A DNA stretch of 64,000 nucleotides from Amoebophrya sp. A120 (taxonomy: Eukaryota > Protista > Dinoflagellata), in contig CAJINV010000002.1 of NCBI GenBank assembly GCA_905178155.1, positions 3,474,757-3,538,756 of the forward strand. Direction: 5' to 3'. Numbering within the stretch: position 1 is the first letter of the stretch; the number at the start of each line of letters is the position of its first letter. Both the position numbers and the translations under genes were made by a program. Of this stretch, positions 35,675-46,335 are shown in pieces. Under the pieces are notes generated by a model that was not told the origin of the DNA, did no database searches, and was given only the letters and a program-made list of their open reading frames with translations.

Positions 35675-38149
35675 ATGGCGAAAGAACACCACTCCGTTTC
35701 TGAACAGATAGAGCGCGAGAAGACGCTCCCCTTCGGCCTCGGTCGTATCCGGCCGCAGCCGGAAATCAAGGCGCATGATTGGATGCTGGATGAAGATGCG
35801 ACGATGGTGCCGCGCAGTTTTTTCGACCTGTACATCAAGCCCAATCTGAAGCCCCCGGCAGAGTGCGAGGAGGGTAGTGTCTTTCCCGATTTCGAGGCTT
35901 TCTGTGCGAAAGGAGCGGCACATGAGAGGGCGAAACGGGCGAAAGCGAAGGAGGACTACAAAGTTGCTAAGCCGGAGCTCGCTGGAGATGAGAACGCGGA
36001 CATAGAATCAGCGCAGCGATCGTCGCAAGGATCGAGTAAAAGCAAAGCACTTCTTTCAGATTCAGAAGATGCGCAAGCTGATAATAAAAAAGACGATGAG
36101 CACGGATCTCAAGGCGCCGGCATCTTCTACCAGGGCTCCCTCCTGATTCTCACACAGAAACCAGAAATCGCACGTGAAAGTCTCAACCAGCGCCGGAGAG
36201 AGCTGGAAGAGCTACCACCAATTGACGACAAACTTTCCGATCAGGAGTACGTGGCTGCGCTCCTCGACCGAACCAGAAAGGTAGAAAACTTTCTTTCCGA
36301 ACTGCGAAAGTGTTCTGGTGTGCTCAGCTACTCCAATTTGAAAAGGTTGATCGAAAAGCAGGAACGACGGTTAGAGAGATATGCCGCCGACAAGGATTTC
36401 AAGCTTGCTTACTGTCTTGTAACCGGTTTGCAAAAAGAATCAGCGTTTTTTCGGCCACTGTACCCGCAGCTTCTCCCCGGGCACAACAACTACACCGTGG
36501 ACACTAGTTCTCAGAACGCGTCTATTCCGCTGATCGACTTCGAACTCATCGATCTTGGAGGAAACACAATCGCCGGAGGCAGAGCGGAGTGCGTTGCAAA
36601 AAATCTTATCACCGGCTCCGCCTTCCACCTCGTGGCTGACGCTTTGTGCCTTAGTAGCCGTGCAGAAGAAGAACTGTTCGAGCTGTTCGACGACTACACC
36701 AATGAATATTGGGAGGGCTATCACGGCTTTCTCCAAATTCCTCTGCGGTGGACCTTGGAATGCGCGTTTGGGTGTAAGATACTCCGGTCTCTGTGCAAGT
36801 TTCAAACAGCTGCTTTCAGACAATTTACCCAGGATCTAGAAATTCCACCAGACTTCCTCGAGGTCGAGCCAAAATGCGCGAGCGTTCTGTCGTTCTTGGG
36901 GTCTCCATGCATCGATCTTCCCGCGGCCGGCGGTGCCTCCGGCTCCTCTGCATCAACCGGAGCATCGAATCATCATACAACCGGCGGCAATGAGAATAGC
37001 AATCGTGCGGCCGCTTCCGCTGCAAGCAGTTGTGCTCCTTCTAACGTCTCGTCTTCGGGCCAGCGACAAACTTTCCGCGGGGTGCGACTGGCGTGGTCGG
37101 ATTTGAGACGCGCTACTCTGCGTAAGAGAGTGCACAGGTACGTTTGTCGTAGGCGTCACCGCCTCAGCTACCGGTTGGTAGACTTCTCAAACGGAGATAA
37201 GAAAGATGAACCTCTCAAGTGGCGCGAGTACAAGAACCTCTCTGTCTGCGCCCACCCGCTCGCTCTTGGCTTTACCATCGGGCCAACGGATGGCGCCATC
37301 ATCTCCGCGGGGCTCCGAAGGAGGCCCCCACCTGATCAGATCGAAGTCAAAGACGATCTTTATCATCTCGAGGCTATGTTCCTTCAATTGATTCAGCGCA
37401 CGAGCGAGGATTTTTGGAAACGACTTGCGATTGAGAAGTGTCAAGAGAAAATGCTACACACGCCACCGCTGCCCTGGAAGCTGCATCTTCCTGCAGGCCC
37501 TCCGTCCGGGCCCGGGACGTTTGAGTATTGCTTAGAGTACGACCTCGAGTGCTGCTTCAGAACAGAAGAAGAGGCGAAAGATTTTTTTGACGAGTTGAAA
37601 ACTATGATCACCGTCCTGCGCCGGTACAAATTCGACGCTGACCTGGAAAAACTGCGAGAGAGCATGCGATTTGACTCCGACCTTGCGCGAGGAATTTGTC
37701 CCTGGTTTTCCACAGTTTTTCCTGATCAAGATGCCCCCATCAGCTTCGAAAAAGCCCGTTTTTGGATCGACGGGTTGCCGGCAGACGCGCACCCGGACCT
37801 GCACAAACCGAATTTCGGGAACGCAACCTGGGTGGACTTAGCGAAAGCGGTTTTTCCAAACCGCTTGGAAAAACAGGAAAGGAGAAAGAGCAAAAATACC
37901 AAAGTTGTGTCGAAAGTTACAACCTGTTTGACGGAAGATGATAACGTGGAACATCAGGAAGTGAAGGAAGAAGACACTGCTTTTGAAAACGAAGAATTAT
38001 GCGCAGTGGACGATCACGACGACGAAGAATGCGTAGGAGTCCGGGATCCGATCCGGTTTTACTGCGTGTTTCCGGAAGAAGACGAGAATAAAGACGAGAA
38101 TGAAGATGACGATGAGAGTGAATACGGAGATGAATCGTCGGAGGAATAG
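35675..38149 (+). CDS. Hypothetical 824-aa protein, intronless paralogue 1
   Basis: Long ORF; shares many blocks with 39102-44397. Confidence 0.85.
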   Translation: MAKEHHSVSEQIEREKTLPFGLGRIRPQPEIKAHDWMLDEDATMVPRSFFDLYIKPNLKPPAECEEGSVFPDFEAFCAKGAAHERAKRAKAKEDYKVAKPELAGDENADIESAQRSSQGSSKSKALLSDSEDAQADNKKDDEHGSQGAGIFYQGSLLILTQKPEIARESLNQRRRELEELPPIDDKLSDQEYVAALLDRTRKVENFLSELRKCSGVLSYSNLKRLIEKQERRLERYAADKDFKLAYCLVTGLQKESAFFRPLYPQLLPGHNNYTVDTSSQNASIPLIDFELIDLGGNTIAGGRAECVAKNLITGSAFHLVADALCLSSRAEEELFELFDDYTNEYWEGYHGFLQIPLRWTLECAFGCKILRSLCKFQTAAFRQFTQDLEIPPDFLEVEPKCASVLSFLGSPCIDLPAAGGASGSSASTGASNHHTTGGNENSNRAAASAASSCAPSNVSSSGQRQTFRGVRLAWSDLRRATLRKRVHRYVCRRRHRLSYRLVDFSNGDKKDEPLKWREYKNLSVCAHPLALGFTIGPTDGAIISAGLRRRPPPDQIEVKDDLYHLEAMFLQLIQRTSEDFWKRLAIEKCQEKMLHTPPLPWKLHLPAGPPSGPGTFEYCLEYDLECCFRTEEEAKDFFDELKTMITVLRRYKFDADLEKLRESMRFDSDLARGICPWFSTVFPDQDAPISFEKARFWIDGLPADAHPDLHKPNFGNATWVDLAKAVFPNRLEKQERRKSKNTKVVSKVTTCLTEDDNVEHQEVKEEDTAFENEELCAVDDHDDEECVGVRDPIRFYCVFPEEDENKDENEDDDESEYGDESSEE

Positions 38150-39101
38150 TGCGTGAATCCATCGGACAGATACAACTTACTTCCGCCGCGTTTTTGATTG
38201 AACGACGTGTGTAAAGAAGTTTTCGTTGCGATGAGGATCCTCTACTCCTTGTCCTTCCTCATTTGCCTTGCTCTCAACATTTTTATATCCACGATCCATG
38301 TGCCAGTATTCGGCTATGCTGGTCTGCGCTAGTCCGGAAAATCGCTTTAGCGTTCTGTAAAAGGCTCTGATGTCAAAAGTTTGTGTTCTCTGAAGGTGCT
38401 TCATCTGTCGGATCAAGCAACTCTGATAGTTGTTCCAGTGTCGAACGACAGATATAGGAAGATGCGATAGGGAGCACAACTTGAACCGCCCTGCAAGTAG
38501 AAGGAAGAAAAAAGATCTGTCGTTAGATCTGAGCGTCGTGGCGCCGGATCTTCAAGGCAGATTTCATGAGCCCTATTAGACATTTGTATTGTCGCTCAGC
38601 GATCCATGCAGTTCTGTTTCAGTTCTTCTCGCAGCGCTCCTTGGTCAGCTACCTCTCTTAGTAGTTCTCCGTTGAATTTCTTGAGGATCCTCGTTCTCAC
38701 TCGGTGTGTTTTTCTCCAAACACTCAAAAGATCAAGACCCGGCCACAACAGGCGGAGGAAATAAAGACCTCAAGCGGATTATGTACATCTTGCGCAGCGT
38801 TTTACAATTTGGACTTGCGTACTATATCGATTGTCCGACTCCGGTTCTTTATCCCTAGTGCACAACAAAGTCGTGGTCAACAGCAACAAACTTTTTATTC
38901 AGAAGCAAAATTAAGATAGCGATGAAAAGCAAGATAGCGATGTAAAGGACCGCGAAGAAGCACTACACCACGCAGCGCCACGAGTTGCGCCTAAACTTCT
39001 ACTTCGACAATTCTATACATCGGCACTGTTGCAAGAGCAAGAACTGCTCCAATTACACTACTAGAAGAAATACAGAATCTCACCAGCAGAAACAAAACTG
39101 C

Positions 39102-42100
39102 ATGAAGATGGCCTCCTCAGCATCGATCCACAAATTTTGTCCTAACCCCCCGCCGGAGTTGCGACAGTGCAACTTCTACCTCGAAGAAGATGCCGTGGTG
39201 ACGTGCCGCAGCTTCTTTGACGCGGAAATCAAGCCCTTTTTGGGAAATCGGCGCGGAAGTCAAAGTGGTACACCAGATGATATTAATGACCACACGCACG
39301 GCAGTTCTAGCAATATCAAAACCTGTCCTATCACAACCTTCGAGGACTTCATGGAAAAAGCGAAGGCGCATAGAAAAGCGTACTGGGAGAATATGACTTG
39401 CTCAAGCGTTACAATCTCAAACGTTACAATAGAGTCTGAGATTTGTCTTGCATGATGAACATGACAGACTCGGACAGCATTCCACTTTCTGCAATACAAA
39501 TTTCGCCATATTGTAGTGCGGATTAGGACTCCAGAACTTGTCATGCGCAATCCTATGAGAGTTGGCCAGATCATGCGCCCATGCATCACAGATTTCCATA
39601 TTCTATTGTAACGTTTGAGATTGTAACAGCTGAGCAGGTCATAGAGAAAAAATTGACGTCGTTTTACCAGAAAGATGCTGGTGGCGACACTTCTACAAGT
39701 AGAACACCAGGAGAAACAGGCACAGGTAGAAGTACTTCTTCCTCTTCGACCCCCGCCGCAGCGGGGGCATCGGTTAGTATTCCCTTTGCGAGGCAGGAAC
39801 AGGTAAAACAGCGCGTAGTGGAACAAGATACTCCGCAGGCTTCCAAGAAGATCGCCCTTGACCACTGTGAAGCCGATTCGGCATTAACAGCGTGGCCGCA
39901 GCACGTTGGAAATGAGGTGGTGCTGTGGCGCGGCTACGACCTTACCGTCGCGCAGCATCCGATAGTTGGGCGTGCGACCTTGGATCAGCAAGTGGAGCAG
40001 TTGCGGAGAGAACTGGTGGTAGAAGTCTCGCCGACGTCAACTGCACAGCGCGCGACCACAACTTCAACGACAGCATCTTCGAAGATCAGCAGCTGCACAC
40101 AGAACAAGGTCTTGACTGCTGGTGACGAAGAGTTCTTCTACGCCTCCGCCGTTATGGACCGCTCCGACAAGGTCCAAGGCCTGCTTTATAACGTCTATCA
40201 ATTTTACGCCGCAGCGTGCGGCGATCGGGAGTGGTCGGTTGAAGATGTAAACTACTATCTTCACAACGATGTCAGTGCAGCGCAAACACGAGGCAATAAT
40301 GCTGACAGTGACACGACATCAAGAGAAAACGATCTTCAGTCCTCTCAGACAACTGGCACTGGCAGGAACGTGAACAGTTGCCCGACGAACTACAACACTA
40401 GGGATATCGGCGTGTTGGACCAAAGTATCATTGACCAGAAGCGGCACCGAAACATCTCCATGACCCAAGAACTCCAGAACATGCAATTCATTCACGCCAC
40501 TTTTGCTTCAGTCGCGAACGATATTTTCGGCTGCAAAAATACCTCCCTCCCGCTAGTCGACTTCGAAATTGTGAATCTCGGTGGCAATCGCATGGCTAGT
40601 GGGAAAGCGGAATGCGTCAGGACAAGCTTTTTGTGTGATTTGCGGCGGGAAATTACCGACAGGTTGCAGCTTTTCGAAGAAAACGCAGCGAACACGCGCG
40701 TCTTATCAAATGTAAAAATGTCTGGGTCTGGAAACTTGTGATGCTAAAATGTGAACGATGGAAACAGTTCAGAATGCAACTTAGCATGACAACTTTCCAG
40801 AACGCTTTCTCATAGGCAATCCGCATGAGAAACTGCGTGTTTGAATGTACAAAAGAGGCTGCGACTTTTGTTGGTCTTGCAATACAGATTTCCTAGGAAT
40901 GGAAAGCTAGCATTACAAGTTCCAACCTTCCAGACCCAGACATATTTGCAATACATACCTCTTGCAAGACTACGTGTTCCTCAACGTTCCGATCGTTTGG
41001 ACGCTCGAATTATCCAAGAAAAAAACTGTGTAAGTGTAACTTTGTGTTGCAGACGATGCAAGACACTTACAACTGGCATGCTGGGCATGCGTCAGAGGCT
41101 CCTTTCGTACGTGTTTTCAGCCACTAGCTACGCATCACAGGTTTTCTCCGTCATGCAGAGCAAACTTGTGATGCTGTTCCTCCAAGAAAGTTACACTTAC
41201 ACAGTTTTTTTCTTGCATACGAATGCGCCCTTGCTCGCGAGGTGGCCGCCGCACTGCATGCGTTCAGCAAAGCGTCACTTTGTGCGATGGAGAAACACCT
41301 GGACTTGGGTCCTGGTGTTCTCGAGTGTGATCCGCTTTTCACGCTTCTTGCTGAAGAGAACGACGACGAGGAGGAGGACTTGTGCATAGTAGGCGCCGAC
41401 GGGGAAACGAAACAAAATAAACCAGCGACCTCAACGGGAGGCACTACGTCCTCATCAGGAACAGGACAACGACTTGTTCCCTCATCAACTACTACTGCTA
41501 CTACTGCTTCCAGCGCATCTTCTAGTTCTAGCAGTGCTCCTCCGAACTTGAAGATCCCCGCGGATGAAATGGAAAACTCTGGAACGAGTCCTAGTGCCTA
41601 TCGCAATGTGGCCAGGCAGTTGGCGAATCAGCGTCGGAAGTTAGCTCAGTCGGAGGTACTGCGTTTCACACTCTGTCGCCGGCACCGGTTGTCTTTCCGG
41701 TATTATTTCAGTTCATTTTTGGAACCTGAGGACTGCATCCGATACGAGAAAATGTATCCCCAAAACGACGTGCTGGGGAGCCACGGGAAGTGTTTTTCCC
41801 TCGGATTCAAATGCAACGCAGCGAGCGTATCAAATGCAAACATGTCTGGGTCTGGAAGAATCCAAGGTCTGTCATGCCCTGCTAGCATGACTCCAAAGTC
41901 TGTCATGCACAGTACCCAAAAGCCCCATTTTTCTGTCATGCAGAAACGCGCTTTATTGTCATGCAGAATACACAACACGCAGGTACTCAGAAACTTGTCA
42001 TGCTGCGCTGCCAATTGAGCCGTCCTCATGATTGTCCTACCTGCATCACAACTTTTCAGACCCAGACACATTTGCACTCCATAGAGCGGGGTTCTGGTCG

Positions 42101-44397
42101 ATTGCGGTCTGTGCTACATTAAGATGGAGCACAACAAGAAGAAATCCGGGACAACTACTTCCTCAGCAACTGACGAGGACGTTCGCGACCAGTACAGCTT
42201 AAAGCAGGCGCAATTCAAGGCGGGCGGGTACTATGGCCTGAACGAGATTCTGCTCACTTGGTATTTCCAGGGATACGCTGATGTGGATAATTCTCGTCTT
42301 TCGGGGAGAATTTTCAAAGACAGTACGGGCGGCGCTTATGCATTGCAAAAGTAACGTCCTAGTATATATTGCATCACAAATTTTGGCAAGAAGAAAACTG
42401 GAATTTGTAATGCTGTTTTACCTTAGAAGGGAGATTTGTCATGCATATTTGCAGTTGCAATTAGTACGAGTGCGATACTTTTGCGCAGCGTAGCACTGGC
42501 GCGACCGCAACAAGAGGCGAGATCGAAAAAGAACATTTCGAAGCTTTTCTCGACTCCATTACCGTCAAGAGATGGGACGATATCACACAGAAAAAAACTG
42601 GCAGGTCATATTTGTAACGCAAAAATAAATAGACAGAGAATTATATAAGCAATGCGACTCGCATTGATCGCAAAACCGGCAGCGGTTTGTCGCATTGCTC
42701 GCATTATAGAATAAAAAAATACAAATTTTTTTGTCTATTATAGACAAAAAAATTTGTATTGCATATCCTAAATAGCATGCTATGAGGCCGCCCATGACAG
42801 ATCTCTCTGTGTATCTGTATTTATTTTTGCATTACAAACATGCCCTGCCAGCTTTTTTCTGTGGGATAGACGATCTGAATTACGCAGAACCGTTCCCAGG
42901 CCGCGTGTGGTACCTGTTTCTTCGCTATGCCATGGAAGTTGTTGTAAAGGGTCGCACTCGCTGTGGAAGTTGCAATTGTGTAGAAACCTGAAATGGAGGA
43001 ATGCATCTTGTGGTGCTGATTTGATACATTGAGCTTTAAGTTTACCGGCGGAAGAAGATCTGTGATGCCTGGCTGCAAGTGCAATTTTTATTCGAGCCGG
43101 GTGCGACATTTTTCCTTTAGCGCAGGATATCCTTGCGCGAGCGGCGAGTGACCCGTGCCGGGCCGATATTTGGTTCGGAACGGAACAAGAAGCAGTAAAC
43201 TTCCTAGAGGATTTGAAATTGTTCGCGAAAATGTTGTGGACGTACAAGAGAAACTTGGGAAAGACGATATCCTGTGCAAAAGTATCGTAATCGTATTGCA
43301 ATCATGCATTTATACAAATCTTTTTCATTTTCTCAAGTTCAATCAGCATTACAAATTTTTATTTAATTTCTCATGCTGAGGAAATGATAATAATTTGTAA
43401 TGCATTTATACGAGTGCGATGCTTCTGCACTGCATAAACGACGCTTAAGAACAACTTTTCGCTTGATGGCGCCCTTGCGAAAAGCATCTGTCCGCCGTGG
43501 TTGCCGTGTGTCTGTGTGGTCTCCAAGTATAATCCGCGGGAGGCAGACTTCACAGAAGCCAAATTCTGGGTGGAGGAACTGCAAACCGTCGTGGAGAAAC
43601 CGACAAAAAGAACCACCAGCAACTACCCGACCACGAAACTGTCTTCAAACTCGATCTCGCAGATCCACCCCGATTTGCAAAACAAGCCCGATTTTGGCCA
43701 CGCAACCTGGGTGGATTTAGCGAAGGCGGTGTTTCTATCAAATGCAAAAATGTCTGGGTCTGGAAACTTGTGATGCATGTCAGTGAACAGAAAGCGCCTT
43801 GTAATGCACCGCCAAGCATGACAGATTTTCTCGTGGCTCTCTGTATCTGTTGCGTATTCCGCATGAGAAACATCGTTTTTGCATGACAGACAAGAGGAGG
43901 TCTTCGTGGCCACGCAATACAGAGTTCAGAGTCATGCCAAACTAGCATGAGAAATCTCGAAATCTTCCAGACCCAGACACTTTTGCATTCCATAGTTTCA
44001 GACCCGACTGGAGAGGCAGGAAAGGAGAAGGAAGAGGCAAGAGGTGAAAAAACTCCTGGTTGCGGATGATCATATGGAGGAGGAGAAAGGAATTAAAGAT
44101 GAAGCAGCTGATGGACCCCGCTTGAATAATATTGGAGCCGACGTCGACGTTGATGATGATCCGATGGAGGTCGTGGGAGGTACTATGGACTGCAGTGGTC
44201 AGGCTGACGACCGCGAAATAGACTACATTGGAAGTGATTGTGAGGAAGCCGGCGAAAATGAGTCGGACGAGGAATTAGAAGTGCCGGGCGTCCGCGATCC
44301 GATCAAAATTTACTGCCTGTTTCCGGAGGAAGAAGAGGATGAGGAAGAGGAGGAGGATGGGAAAATGAAAAAAGACGCAACTCTTGCTGGAGCTTGA
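39102..44397 (+). CDS. Hypothetical protein, paralogue 2, 10 exons
   Basis: Spliced product shares RSFFD..IKP, DFE...LGGN..A.G.AECV, WTLECA, RHRLS.R, G.ATWVDLAKAVF and GVRDPI..YC.FPEE with paralogue 1. Confidence 0.82.
39392..39643. mobile_element. Introner, family F (TATGACTTGCTCAAGCGTTACAATCTCAAACGTTACAATAG, about 40-bp TIR)
   Basis: TSD GAGAA/GAGAA. Confidence 0.9.
40704..40957. mobile_element. Introner, family A
   Basis: TSD CGTCT/CCTCT. Confidence 0.9.
41011..41219. mobile_element. Introner, family G (AAGAAAAAAACTGTGTAAGTGTAACTTT TIR)
   Basis: TSD CGAAT/CGAAT; removal gives WTLECAL. Confidence 0.92.
41828..42083. mobile_element. Introner, family A
   Basis: TSD GAGCG/GAGCG. Confidence 0.92.
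42337..42492. mobile_element. Introner, family C (GTA end)
   Basis: TSD GCGCT/GCACT. Confidence 0.82.
42581..42868. mobile_element. Introner, family H (CACAGAAAAAA.CTGGCAGG TIR)
   Basis: TSD GACGA/GACGA. Confidence 0.9.
42926..43129. mobile_element. Degenerate introner or canonical intron
   Basis: TAT..ATA with GTCGCACTCG/CGGGTGCGAC inverted repeat; junction ambiguous. Confidence 0.5.
43268..43436. mobile_element. Introner, family C
   Basis: TSD GACGA/AACGA. Confidence 0.88.
43736..43994. mobile_element. Introner, family A
   Basis: TSD GTTTC/GTTTC; removal gives KAVFQTRLERQERR. Confidence 0.92.
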
Positions 44398-45454
44398 AAA
44401 AGAAAGTAGTCAAGGTGACTGTGCTACTTGATCTTGACAAGAACTGTACTGCAGACGTTGATGAAAAAATTGTGGCCATACTTACAACTAAAGACTCCTG
44501 TTTTGGTGCTTCTTGCAACAACCGAACACCATCGCTTGTTGACTTCTTGACAAGTGCTTGCTTGATGCAGGCTCATTTGTAGTTTCGTGTTCGTCCTGGG
44601 CAATACTCCCAGATATTTAATTAGCGGCCCTTTCATAAGTCCGGACCTTTCACCTCTTGTCACATACCCAACGCTGAAGAAAAAAAAAAGAACTTTAAAT
44701 AGGTCGGAACGTGGCCAGGAGCTGCGTCTGCAGCTACTCGCTCTTGTGCAGCAGGCGCGCTTCCTTTAGTTCCGTACAATAAAAGAAGCAAGAGGCTTGT
44801 TTACAAGGAGCCTACGCTTTATCAGTGGCGTAGGCTTCTGAAGCAGCTTGCACAGGGAAATAACGTGATGGAAGAAGTAGAAACAGCCAGCCAAAGAAAG
44901 CTCTCGACAGCTCGGAAACTTTAGTCCCCGTCGGCTGCCACCCAATGCAGTGCGCCGGGCGGCTTTGGTGTTTGTGTTTCCGTATAATAAACCACGCAAG
45001 TGCGTTGCGCATTTGCGACGCCTGTTCCTTTGTCTATCGGCGCCGCATCTGCAACACCTTGCACAGTGTAGGCATCAGGAATACACAAACACGACAAAAC
45101 AAGAAAACTGATAGTCCGCACATTTCTACAGGTTGTGACTGTGTAGGCGCGCGCAGTGTAGTAACTAAGCGGGCAGCTCTCGTTCTGGACCTGGATGCGC
45201 CACGCTGCGCTGTACTGACTAAATACTCAGGTGAGCGCTTCGGAGTGCTACGCGGGGGCGGCTGCTCTGCGGGGGGACTGCTGGATGGAAGCTTAGGAGA
45301 AAAATTTGCGCGGGGAGTATTGGGGCATGAACTTCGAGTAAGCAGCCCTCTGAAACGCACCAAAGCAGTGCGCGCGTACTTAGACGTAGAAAATAGGTGG
45401 GCAAGCGGCGTAGATAGGTTGCAATGCTCGGGGGCTCGCACTGTAAGCAAAATA

Positions 45455-46335
45455 AAAAAAGCCCGGGTAGGAAAAATGCATTTTGCGTTTTTTCCTACCC
45501 GGGGTTTTTATTTTCAAAACCCCGGGTAGGAAATATTTATCCGCTGCTCTGCACGTCTGTGAGGGTGATAACAGCTGATAAATATTTCCTACCCGGGGTT
45601 TTGAAAATAAAAACCCCGGGTAGGAAAAAAATCAAAACTCATATTTCCTACCCGGGCTTTTTATTTTCAAAACCTCGTATAGGCCCTCCGAAATCTGGGC
45701 GGCGCGGCAGCGCCGCGAATTTTTTTTTTTTTGGATCGCGGAGAGCTATGTGAGGTTTTGAAAACCAAAACCTCGTATAGCCCCCTCGAAATTCGGGCGG
45801 CGCGGCAGCGCCGCGAAGATTTTTTTTTTTGGGTTCGCGGAGGGCTATGTGAGGTTTTGAAAGCCAAAACCTCGTATAGCCTCCTCGAAATTTGGGCGGC
45901 GCGGCAGCGCCGCGGAGAATTTTTTTTGGTTCGCGGATAGCTATGCGAGGTTTTGAAAATCAAAACCTCGTATAGCCTTCTCGAAATTTGGGCGGCGTAG
46001 CAGCGCCACGAAAAGTATATTTCCTACCCGGGCCTTTTTTTTTCAAAACCTCGTATAGCCTCTCCGAAATCTGGGCGGCATATTTTTTTTTTGGTTCCCG
46101 GATGGCTATGTGAGGTTTTGAAAACTAAAACCTCGCATAGCCCCCTCTAAATTTGGGCGGCGCGGCAGCGTCGTGAAGAATTTTTTTTGGTTCGCGGAGG
46201 GCTATGCGAGGTTTTGGAAGCCAAAACCTTGGATAGCCCCCTCAAAATTTGGGCGGCGTGGCAGCGCCGCGAAGGAGTTTTTTTATTTTGGTTCGCGGAG
46301 CGCTATGTCAGGTTCCGAAAACCAAAACCCCACGT
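45455..46335. repeat. Array of about 100-bp hairpin-forming repeats with CCCGGGTAGGAAA/TTTCCTACCCGGG palindromes
   Basis: Unit AAAACCTCGTATAGCC..GGGCGGCGCGGCAGCGCCGCG..GCTATGTGAGGTTTT repeated about 6 times. Confidence 0.85.
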
